From an uncultured euryarchaeote (GTDB lineage: Archaea > Thermoplasmatota > Poseidoniia > Poseidoniales > Poseidoniaceae), in contig CALDPP010000186.1 in NCBI GenBank assembly GCA_937911345.1, positions 1 through 54,690 on the forward strand: a stretch of 54,690 bases of DNA. Reading direction: 5' to 3'. Shown one piece after another: positions 1 to 7,752 of this stretch. A model generated the notes under the pieces. The model did not search any database and had not been told where the DNA came from. It saw only the letters and a list, made by a program, of their open reading frames with translations. The translations under genes were made by a program, and so were the position numbers. Position 1 is the stretch's first letter. Every line of letters begins with the position of its first letter.

Positions 1-75
1 GCCCGCTTGGTGTAGAGGTTATCATGCAGGATTGTCATTCCTGCGACCCGGGTTCAATTCCCGGAGCGGGCGCCA
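1..75 (+). tRNA. tRNA-Asp(GTC), CCA encoded
   Basis: Acceptor stem GCCCGCT/AGCGGGC, anticodon arm CAGGA-TTGTCAT-TCCTG, T-loop GTTCAAT, discriminator G72, CCA at 73-75. Confidence 0.97.
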
Positions 76-163
76 AACGCCAAACTCTGTAGTAGCGCAG
101 TTCCTCAGGCGCGACAAACAGATTAAGAAAGGAAGACTATTCGGATAGGTTGAGTTGGGAGAT

Positions 164-313
164 ATGGTTGAACTAATCGATTACAAATGTGCCACATGTG
201 GAAGTATAGAATCATTCCACAGAGAGCGTAATGGAATAAGCTGCAAGGCCTGTGGTTCACGAGTATTCATGAAACTCAGAAGAACCGGCACAAAGAAACT
301 CAAAGCCGAGTGA
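164..313 (+). CDS. rpo12: DNA-directed RNA polymerase subunit P (Rpo12), 49 aa; absent from ORF track
   Basis: Manual translation MVELIDYKCATCGSIESFHRERNGISCKACGSRVFMKLRRTGTKKLKAE: YxCxxCG...CxxCGxRVFxKxR zinc ribbon typical of RpoP/RPB12. Confidence 0.92.
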   Translation: MVELIDYKCATCGSIESFHRERNGISCKACGSRVFMKLRRTGTKKLKAE

Positions 314-358
314 TTGCCCCACGGATAGTTCAAAAACCGCCGGGTATTTTGCTAGTTC

Positions 359-1480
359 ATGACGTCGTGGTTAGAGTCTAAAGCCCCGACGAGATTCGAA
401 CATCTACTTACTTCAAGTTCAATTAAGGATACACTTAGCACGGCATCGACTGGTACTAATCCTCCTCACCTGTTATTGTCAGGGCCAAGCGGTGTTGGAA
501 AAACTGCAGTAATGCGAATGTTAGCGAGACAGCTATTGGGCCCCGGTTGGCAGTCTACAACTCACATATTGAATGCGAAAGATCTGTCGCGAATGCCCGG
601 AGCAATGAAGATTTTTGAAGAATTCATTCGGCCAAGCGGCTCAAGCAATAGCCTTGCTGGGCTTACTAGCTTAGATATATTCACGGATTCACTTGCAGAG
701 GTGCCTAATGATCCAGGCCCGCCTAGCGGACATGAAACCTTTAACAATAATTCAGACGGGAGAATAAAACTTTCAAGAATTATTGTCATTGAGGATGCTG
801 ACTATCTTGGAAATTTACGGCAAGCATATTTACGACGTATGATGGAACAAAGCAGTTTAACCTCAAGATTTATTTTTACCACAACTACTCCTTCTAGACT
901 TATTGAAGCATTACGAAGTAGGGTTCAACACATTCGTTTTTCACGATACGACCGAAAAACCATCGAAAATCGGCTGACAGAAATTTCGCAACAAGAACTT
1001 CTTGAGCCAGCCCGCGGAGTTATTGGAGATATTGCACATGTAAGCGAGGGAAATATACGCAAAGCGATTTTCATTCTAGAACTCATGGGCAAGCGTGATT
1101 TACTTGGTAATCGAAGAAACTTGCAAAACCTCATCTCATCAATAAAAGTAAGAGAAATTCAACAGGTATTAGAAGAGGCGATGCGCGGTAGAGTTCATGA
1201 TTGGCGGTGGGAAAAAACCAATGGCCGTAATGTTAGAACATTGAAAGGAGCCATGGGTTTGTTGGATCAGCTCATGGAAAAGCAAAATTTCGAAGCAGAA
1301 GACATCGTTAATCAATTTCACAAACTTCTAACAGAAGGTAGGATGAATCTCGACGAGATGTTGTTATCTAAGGTCATGATTAGTCTAGCAAAGTGCGAAG
1401 TTTCTGTATTTAGGACTTCACAACCGAGAATTGAATTAGAGCGGTTTCTACTTGATGTTGCCAAACACTCTGCAGTATGA
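359..1480 (+). CDS. Replication factor C small subunit-like AAA+ clamp-loader ATPase (divergent)
   Basis: Walker A GPSGVGKT, Walker B-like IIVIEDAD, Q-x-x-LRR, ALRSRV (SRC-like), GNIRKAI sensor-2, RFC-type C-terminal helices. Confidence 0.85.
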   Translation: MTSWLESKAPTRFEHLLTSSSIKDTLSTASTGTNPPHLLLSGPSGVGKTAVMRMLARQLLGPGWQSTTHILNAKDLSRMPGAMKIFEEFIRPSGSSNSLAGLTSLDIFTDSLAEVPNDPGPPSGHETFNNNSDGRIKLSRIIVIEDADYLGNLRQAYLRRMMEQSSLTSRFIFTTTTPSRLIEALRSRVQHIRFSRYDRKTIENRLTEISQQELLEPARGVIGDIAHVSEGNIRKAIFILELMGKRDLLGNRRNLQNLISSIKVREIQQVLEEAMRGRVHDWRWEKTNGRNVRTLKGAMGLLDQLMEKQNFEAEDIVNQFHKLLTEGRMNLDEMLLSKVMISLAKCEVSVFRTSQPRIELERFLLDVAKHSAV

Positions 1481-1522
1481 GTCAATCGGAATACTCTTGA
1501 TAGCACGACCATTGGCAAGGCC

Positions 1523-1596
1523 GGGCGCGTAGCACAGCTGGATAATGCGTCGGCCTCCTAAGCCGAAGATCGCGGGTTCGAATCCTGCCGCGCCCG
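1523..1596 (+). tRNA. tRNA-Arg(CCT)
   Basis: Acceptor GGGCGCG/CGCGCCC, anticodon arm TCGGC-CTCCTAA-GCCGA, T-loop GTTCGAAT; no encoded CCA. Confidence 0.96.
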
Positions 1597-1667
1597 CTTA
1601 ACCAACTCAAAAAAGGGCAAAATTGGGCAATGAGTAAAAAGAGAGACCTATTGGTTGCCATGATACG

Positions 1668-3188
1668 ATGGCTCGCAACAACCCCAAAACCCCGGATTCG
1701 GCAATAGAATTGCCTGATCCATACGGCCATGGGTTTGAGAGAATTGAGGATCCGTTGGAGAAAACTCGAATACAGTGGAACCATTTGGAAACAAGAAGGA
1801 AACTATTCGGTAACATTGCAAGAAATTGGATGTTAATTTACTGGCGCTCCATTGTTGGTTTAGTGTTGGCTTTTACAGCAATGCTCGGAATATTGTTTCC
1901 AGATCAAATTTCTGATAAGAACTGGCTGATTATTTTGTTACCTTTACCAGTTCTATTCGCTGTAATCCCCAACATAATAGCCGTTGAATCAGCATGGCAT
2001 GCAATGCAAGCAAAACTGTCTTTACGAGAGCAGGGTGGTTTGAGCGATGGCGTTAGACATACACTTAGAGTGCAGCCAGGCATAGATCGAATAATCGATG
2101 GCCTGAGAGATCATCGTCGGTCAAATTTAGTAAGTACAGTTCTTATTAGTATTGCATTCTCAATGATACTATTGGCCACTGCAACAAAGTCAGGGACAGT
2201 TGCGTGGAATCTAGCCTTATTAGTGTCCGCAAGCACAGGTTTCATCTATACATTCCACGCCCAATATACGAACCTAAATGTCAAACAATTGGGCGACAGA
2301 TTCCCTAACTTAGTATTCCATGCACCAACACATCACCAGACACAATTGGGAAGTATATTGAGTGACTTATTATCGGCTCATTTGGACCCTGATTTGGAGT
2401 TGGAGTGGAATAATTGGAAGACAGAATTACATAACTCATTGATGCCAGGTAATGATAAGAAACAAGCACTTGAGAGGCTATTGTATTTACTCTACTTACA
2501 CAATTTAGGAGAAATTACCGATGCCGACGTAAGAAAAGAGTTTTCTACATTTATCATCAAAGGAAAGCTAGAATCAATCCTCTACAATCAAGATAGCGAT
2601 TTTAATTGGCGTACATTACAGCGGTTAATTTCTCATGCTAATGCATGGCAACCAAGCGCCTTCAATTTATTAGATAGGTTGCAGATTGATTTGTTAAGTG
2701 GCAAGCCAGAAATTTCTAGAGCGAAATGGCGTATGGATGTAGCCCTTGATGACTTGTGCGTGGGTGGGGCAACAAATCTGTTTATTGTGTTGAATAATCA
2801 AACTTTTGAGAAGCGGAATGTCACAGTCGAGGTATTGGTTCCTAATGGAGAGCCGGAAACACGAACTCACCGTTTTGAATTAGATGCTTGCCCCCCTCCT
2901 CGCAATGCCCTTAAATTATCTGCAACAAATGACGAGGATTGCCTAGATTGGATTCCGAGATACTTGCACAAGGGGGTAGTATTGTGGATGAATATCGCAT
3001 GGAACAGAAACTTCTACGGTAGAACCAACATTCAGGTTGTACTCAGAGATGAGTCAGGGATCGTTCTAGAATCAAAGGTTTTGACCACAGAGGTCAGCAG
3101 AAAAACCTCCAATGCGCTTAGAAAGCGTATGCTGCGTCTCGAAAAAGCCCGAGAAATCGGTGAAATGGACATACCAATTGCGGGATGA
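1668..3188 (+). CDS. Hypothetical membrane protein (about 4 N-terminal TM helices, soluble C-terminal region)
   Basis: 506-aa ORF with two hydrophobic helix pairs; no family recognised. Confidence 0.75.
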   Translation: MARNNPKTPDSAIELPDPYGHGFERIEDPLEKTRIQWNHLETRRKLFGNIARNWMLIYWRSIVGLVLAFTAMLGILFPDQISDKNWLIILLPLPVLFAVIPNIIAVESAWHAMQAKLSLREQGGLSDGVRHTLRVQPGIDRIIDGLRDHRRSNLVSTVLISIAFSMILLATATKSGTVAWNLALLVSASTGFIYTFHAQYTNLNVKQLGDRFPNLVFHAPTHHQTQLGSILSDLLSAHLDPDLELEWNNWKTELHNSLMPGNDKKQALERLLYLLYLHNLGEITDADVRKEFSTFIIKGKLESILYNQDSDFNWRTLQRLISHANAWQPSAFNLLDRLQIDLLSGKPEISRAKWRMDVALDDLCVGGATNLFIVLNNQTFEKRNVTVEVLVPNGEPETRTHRFELDACPPPRNALKLSATNDEDCLDWIPRYLHKGVVLWMNIAWNRNFYGRTNIQVVLRDESGIVLESKVLTTEVSRKTSNALRKRMLRLEKAREIGEMDIPIAG

Positions 3189-3267
3189 CGGTTTAGCCAA
3201 CTTTGTCTTTGTATGCGGTTGGCTTATTTCCCCCTCTCCCTTCGGTGGTTTTGTCGGGTGACTTACA

Positions 3268-4887
3268 ATGGAAGCATGGGATATACTGGTTATCGGCGAT
3301 GGCCCCGCAGCATTGCGCTCTGCTGCAGTTTCAGCAAAAAACGGAGCAAAAACTCTGCTAATATCTTCAAAGGCTTTGGGCAATGGAGGAACTTCAGCAC
3401 TTGAAGGACTGGCAGCACCGATTCATGAAATGAACAATCGAGGACATCGTGAAGATACCATAAAGTCTGGTTATTTTTTGTGTGATCAAGATATTGTCAC
3501 GACAAAAACCAATATGGCAATTGATGAGATGAATCACCTAGAAAAAGCCGGGGTAGTGTTTAGCAGAGATGCCAAAGGCCTCCCTATGACAAAGAAAGGA
3601 ATCGGCCATTCGAGTTCTAGAATTGTTGATGCTGGTGATGCTTCAGTCAGAGATGTTCAACAAGTCTTAGAGGAGCAATGTATGAAAAATGGTGTTGTTA
3701 GGAGGGGCGATCAACTACCGATAATGTTAGTCAGCACCAAGCAGAAAGTAGACGGAGTAATCACTCTGGATATGGTAAATGGTAGATTTGTCGCAATCCA
3801 AACTAAAGCAGTTATTCTTGCTGATGGTGGTTTTGAAGGGATATTCAATGGCACAGACATCGGATATGGAATGGATTTGGCCCTTCAAAGTGGCATACCA
3901 TTGAGGGACATGGAATTCATCAGTAAAACCCCATTTGGGGTAACTGATAGTAAATTGACTCTATCATCAAATATGTTGGGATACGGAGCAAACCTATGTG
4001 ACACATCGGGAAATTCAATTTCTGCTGACAATCTTGTTGAGCTTTGTGAGACTATTTCACAATCATCAGGTGCAGTAATTGATGGCAGAGATATGGGTGA
4101 TGACAAAGTTTGGTGGCAATCTGCATTTAGGGCTGTCAAGAGTTCTACAGGCGTAGACATGAACAAGTATACAGTTGGCTTAGAGAATCGAGTAAATCAA
4201 ACCCTTGGAGGAATTGCAACCGATGAATGCGGAAGAGCAGTAATAGGTAGCTGGTCTCGGTGGTTTACTGGCTTATATGCTGCAGGAGATGCAGCGTGTT
4301 CTGGGCTAAACGGTGCAGGCACTCTACCAGGTAATCGATTACTAGATGCATTATCAGGCGGTAGTAGTTCGGGTAACCATGCTTCTGAGTGGGTAAAAGG
4401 ACAAACATTTTCCAATACTGAAAATTTGATTTCTTCTCTAGAATCATGCGAAGCAAACTTTACGGCAAGATTTTCTGAAGAATCGTCGGATACTGTACAG
4501 AGAGTTGGCGCATTAAATCTCAAATTACTGTCAATTGCCGCTAAATTTACCGCTGCGCCAAACAGCTCCGACGACCTCTCAGGGTTGCTACAAGAGTTGG
4601 AGCAGGCGGAACTCTCAGCGGAATCAATACACATTGATCAACAATCTTTGATTGCTAATACTAACTTTGCTGGTTTATTGAGAATTCAAGCCGGAATTCG
4701 ACTGTTAACAGCTTCAGTTAGAGCCTCACTCGCACGCAATGAATCTCGAGGAGTGCATCAAAGAAGCGACTTTTTAGAAGAAAATTCAGAATTACTTCAC
4801 CATATTACAGTTGATAATGACGCAAACATCGGCACACTGGCTGTAAGAAAAGGGCAGAAAGATAATTGGATACTAACTCCTCAGTGA
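3268..4887 (+). CDS. FAD-binding flavoprotein of SdhA/FrdA/NadB fold with non-canonical active site
   Basis: DILVIGDGPAAL dinucleotide motif, KAVILADGG, DMEF, GLYAAGD, RNESRGVHQRSDF C-terminal signature. Confidence 0.85.
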   Translation: MEAWDILVIGDGPAALRSAAVSAKNGAKTLLISSKALGNGGTSALEGLAAPIHEMNNRGHREDTIKSGYFLCDQDIVTTKTNMAIDEMNHLEKAGVVFSRDAKGLPMTKKGIGHSSSRIVDAGDASVRDVQQVLEEQCMKNGVVRRGDQLPIMLVSTKQKVDGVITLDMVNGRFVAIQTKAVILADGGFEGIFNGTDIGYGMDLALQSGIPLRDMEFISKTPFGVTDSKLTLSSNMLGYGANLCDTSGNSISADNLVELCETISQSSGAVIDGRDMGDDKVWWQSAFRAVKSSTGVDMNKYTVGLENRVNQTLGGIATDECGRAVIGSWSRWFTGLYAAGDAACSGLNGAGTLPGNRLLDALSGGSSSGNHASEWVKGQTFSNTENLISSLESCEANFTARFSEESSDTVQRVGALNLKLLSIAAKFTAAPNSSDDLSGLLQELEQAELSAESIHIDQQSLIANTNFAGLLRIQAGIRLLTASVRASLARNESRGVHQRSDFLEENSELLHHITVDNDANIGTLAVRKGQKDNWILTPQ

Positions 4888-4919
4888 AAGACAATAACTT
4901 GAATGCTCTAGCAGAGGCT

Positions 4920-5357
4920 ATGAGCGACCAGACATTATTCAGCAAAATCATTGCTGGAGATATACCATCACACAAGGTTGCGAGCGGTAATGATTGGTAT
5001 GCATTCTTGGATATCTTCCCTCGTCGTGATGGTCACACACTGGTAATTCCGCACAAACAAGTTGGCAATCTTCAACAATTAAGTGATGAGGAGGTAGCAA
5101 GTTTATTTTTAGGAGTAAAACAAGTGCAGAGAAGGTTATCAAAAGTTTTTGACACAACAGATTTCACTATTTGTCTACATGATGGTCCACTTGCTGGACA
5201 AGAGGTCCCCCATGTCCATGTTCATGTGATTCCTAGGACAATCGATGACGGAGGAATGACTCTTATGGCTATGTGGCCAAATACCAAACATAGCGGGGAG
5301 GTAAACCATGAGCAATTATCTGCTATTGCCGAAAAACTGACCGGGGTGGAATTATGA
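4920..5357 (+). CDS. HIT family nucleotide hydrolase
   Basis: TLFSKII, AFLDIFP, GHTLVIP, AGQEVPHVHVHVIPR histidine triad; start moved to ATG 4920. Confidence 0.93.
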   Translation: MSDQTLFSKIIAGDIPSHKVASGNDWYAFLDIFPRRDGHTLVIPHKQVGNLQQLSDEEVASLFLGVKQVQRRLSKVFDTTDFTICLHDGPLAGQEVPHVHVHVIPRTIDDGGMTLMAMWPNTKHSGEVNHEQLSAIAEKLTGVEL

Positions 5358-6988
5358 AACATCCAGATCCAGAAGAGATGAATGATGGAGTACTTGATCA
5401 CCGAGGAGAAGTTTTGCCTTATCTGTCAAAATCTGCTAAGAATATGAAAATGGATATGCTGCTTGAAACACCATTGCCGACCTATGAAGGGGAAACCCCT
5501 GGGTCTTACTTCTGGACAAAAGTAATCTATTGGATTTGCCACCGGATTAGCAAAGTACAATATCGCTCAATAGAGGCCTCAGGAATGGAAAAGATTCCAA
5601 GAGACCGTGGGTCTCTATGTTGTGCTTGGCATACCAATGGGATATTAGACGCATTGCAAATAACATTGAATCATCCTGAGTACTTTGTATTAGGTGCAAG
5701 GCACGACTTAGTTACTCGACCAATATTGGGCTGGTGGACTAGAAAGATGGCGGTTCAGCCAGTGGTTAGAAAGGCTGAATTACTCCGTGGCGGTTGTACT
5801 GAAGAAGAGGCGAACTTCCTCAACGGCCGTTCTCTAATGACTCTTGCATCAGGAATTTCACATGGGTATGGATGCGTTTTGTTCCCCGAGGGAACTAGCC
5901 ACAATAACTCATACATGCTGAGATTTAGAACAGGTCCAATGCGAACGGTTCTTGCGGCAAGCGCCCTCGCAAAGGCTTCGGACAAGAAATTGCCAGTCTT
6001 GATTCCCATGGGACTTCATTTTAGAACAAGAGAGTATTTCCGTACTGATGTTTGGGTCGAATATGGTGACCCAATACAAGTCGAGGATAATGATGTGCCG
6101 CAAAACCTAGTCGATGCAGTATCTACTGGTACATGGTCTGAACCTCCAGCGGATTCAGTGTTTAAACTGAGAGACAAACTGAGAGAAGATTTAGTTCCAC
6201 TAAGTCCAAATGCTTACTCATGGGAAGAGTATCGAGGACTTTTACTACTCGGCCATCTCAATGGAAGACTGGAAAATAATGCGCCAAAATCTTGGCGTGA
6301 GGAAGTGGAACAGGCTAGATTTTTTAGGAACAAATACAGCATTGAATCTAAATCCACAGATATTGATAATTTACAACCCGAGAAAATAACTGACGATTTA
6401 GTATCTAAATCAGAAAAAGCGGCCGAATTACTCCATAAAAATGGATTGGATGGAAGGGATTTGAACACCAACTCCACTAACCTAGCCAAGCCAAAATTGA
6501 GTAAACTACCATTTTCTGCAATTAGAATTAGCCTATTTACACTACTGCTGCCAGTGTTTTTGATTTCACTATTGCCACAAATGATCTTGGGCAGAGTATT
6601 AGGGGACTCTACTGATGAGGGTATTGATGCACGAACTTCTTACCAATTTTTAGCTGCGATGTTTGGCTCTATCATTATCTGGCCGTTGTCCTCTACGCTA
6701 ATGGTTGGGATACTATATTGGCAAACTGGTACTATCGAGAACATTCTAGACATTAGATGGACAGAAGCTTTTGGCACCTCAGAATTTAGTGTGGCACTAT
6801 CGATTTGTATGTTGTGGCTTGCGATGTTCCCGATTTCACTTATCACAGGTCGATTGTTCTCTCTCGTATGGGACGATTATGTCGATTTAAGAGGGTACAT
6901 CCGGAAAATAAAATTGCCAAAGGCTGACCGAAAAGAATTGTTCCAAATTATTGCCGAAATAAAGCAGGATTTGTCCAGTTCAAAGTAA
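5354..6988 (+). CDS. Glycerol-3-phosphate/lysophospholipid acyltransferase (LPLAT/PlsC superfamily) with C-terminal TM helices
   Basis: HTNGILD (HX5D) block I, PVVR block II, LFPEGTSH block III; hydrophobic C-terminal third. Confidence 0.85.
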   Translation: MKHPDPEEMNDGVLDHRGEVLPYLSKSAKNMKMDMLLETPLPTYEGETPGSYFWTKVIYWICHRISKVQYRSIEASGMEKIPRDRGSLCCAWHTNGILDALQITLNHPEYFVLGARHDLVTRPILGWWTRKMAVQPVVRKAELLRGGCTEEEANFLNGRSLMTLASGISHGYGCVLFPEGTSHNNSYMLRFRTGPMRTVLAASALAKASDKKLPVLIPMGLHFRTREYFRTDVWVEYGDPIQVEDNDVPQNLVDAVSTGTWSEPPADSVFKLRDKLREDLVPLSPNAYSWEEYRGLLLLGHLNGRLENNAPKSWREEVEQARFFRNKYSIESKSTDIDNLQPEKITDDLVSKSEKAAELLHKNGLDGRDLNTNSTNLAKPKLSKLPFSAIRISLFTLLLPVFLISLLPQMILGRVLGDSTDEGIDARTSYQFLAAMFGSIIIWPLSSTLMVGILYWQTGTIENILDIRWTEAFGTSEFSVALSICMLWLAMFPISLITGRLFSLVWDDYVDLRGYIRKIKLPKADRKELFQIIAEIKQDLSSSK

Positions 6989-7031
6989 ATCTTGGGTTTG
7001 ATTCAAACGGGATGAGTGGTTCGGGGTTAAC

Positions 7032-7670
7032 GTGACACCCAGTGACGCGGTATCTTTAGTTAGAAAATGGCTTGATGAAGAGAGATTATTTGTCAAAGAG
7101 CAGAACGATCCAAGAGCCCATGCCCACTTCTTAATCAAGTACCCCCAAGGTAAGCAAGGACATATGTTCGCAGTGGTAGTTCCCAAGAATAGGGACCTTG
7201 TAGCAATCTCAAGTATGACCCGAGTAGACAAAGGGCAGCAAGATGAAATGAGCAATCATATGAAAGATGACAAAGATGGTTGGTCTGAATGGATACATGA
7301 AGCGAGATTGCAATTAATTGGTTCATCTGTTGACTGGGGAATACACATGGGCCACCAAGGTAACAAAAAGCCAGGTCCATTGCAAGCATTTAATGTCAGT
7401 CTACCAATTTGGTTTGATGGAGTGACAAAGAATGAATTCATGCATTCTCTGCGAAGGCTTTGGCTAGCAAAACTTGGAATCATTCACGAAATAAAATATT
7501 CATACGGCCCGGGTGTTGGAAAACCGGGGCCAGTCGATGATTGGCAAAACAGTAATCCAACCAATATCGAGCCACCAAAATCAAAGTCTAATCAGCAAGA
7601 AAGCATCGAGGTGGAATTCGATGAAAAGATGTCTTTTGGGACAAGTTTTGATCCATCAGAATGGGCTTAA
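7032..7670 (+). CDS. DUF2299-like hypothetical protein
   Basis: VRKWLDEE start and IWFDGVTKNEFM motif resemble archaeal DUF2299; GTG start. Confidence 0.6.
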   Translation: MTPSDAVSLVRKWLDEERLFVKEQNDPRAHAHFLIKYPQGKQGHMFAVVVPKNRDLVAISSMTRVDKGQQDEMSNHMKDDKDGWSEWIHEARLQLIGSSVDWGIHMGHQGNKKPGPLQAFNVSLPIWFDGVTKNEFMHSLRRLWLAKLGIIHEIKYSYGPGVGKPGPVDDWQNSNPTNIEPPKSKSNQQESIEVEFDEKMSFGTSFDPSEWA

Positions 7671-7702
7671 CCCAATTTTGAAAATATGACCTGAAAGGGT
7701 CG

Positions 7703-7727
7703 TTATTAAGTACCATGAAAACATGGT
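7703..7727 (+). promoter_or_regulatory. TATA-like box followed by palindrome ACCATG-N4-CATGGT
   Basis: TTATTAAG at 7703-7710; perfect 6-4-6 inverted repeat at 7712-7727. Confidence 0.45.
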
Positions 7728-7752
7728 TTATGTGTTGTAAGAGGGATAGTCT

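Noticed and set aside
86..122. Imperfect hairpin downstream of tRNA-Asp as an ncRNA
   Set aside because: Short interrupted stems, no recognisable family; may be trailer or terminator
1..1596. tRNA genes as integration sites of an island or provirus
   Set aside because: No integrase, no duplicated tRNA 3' end noticed, and flanks are housekeeping genes; the CGCCAAA duplication at 71-84 is too short
1482..1784. 100-aa minus-strand ORF
   Set aside because: Antisense to tRNA-Arg and the next CDS; shadow ORF
3195..3224. AGCCAAC...GTTGGCT inverted repeat
   Set aside because: Single 7-bp stem with long loop; cannot distinguish from chance or a simple terminator
3268..4887. Calling this sdhA or nadB
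   Set aside because: Diagnostic catalytic His/Arg motifs are substituted and partner genes are absent
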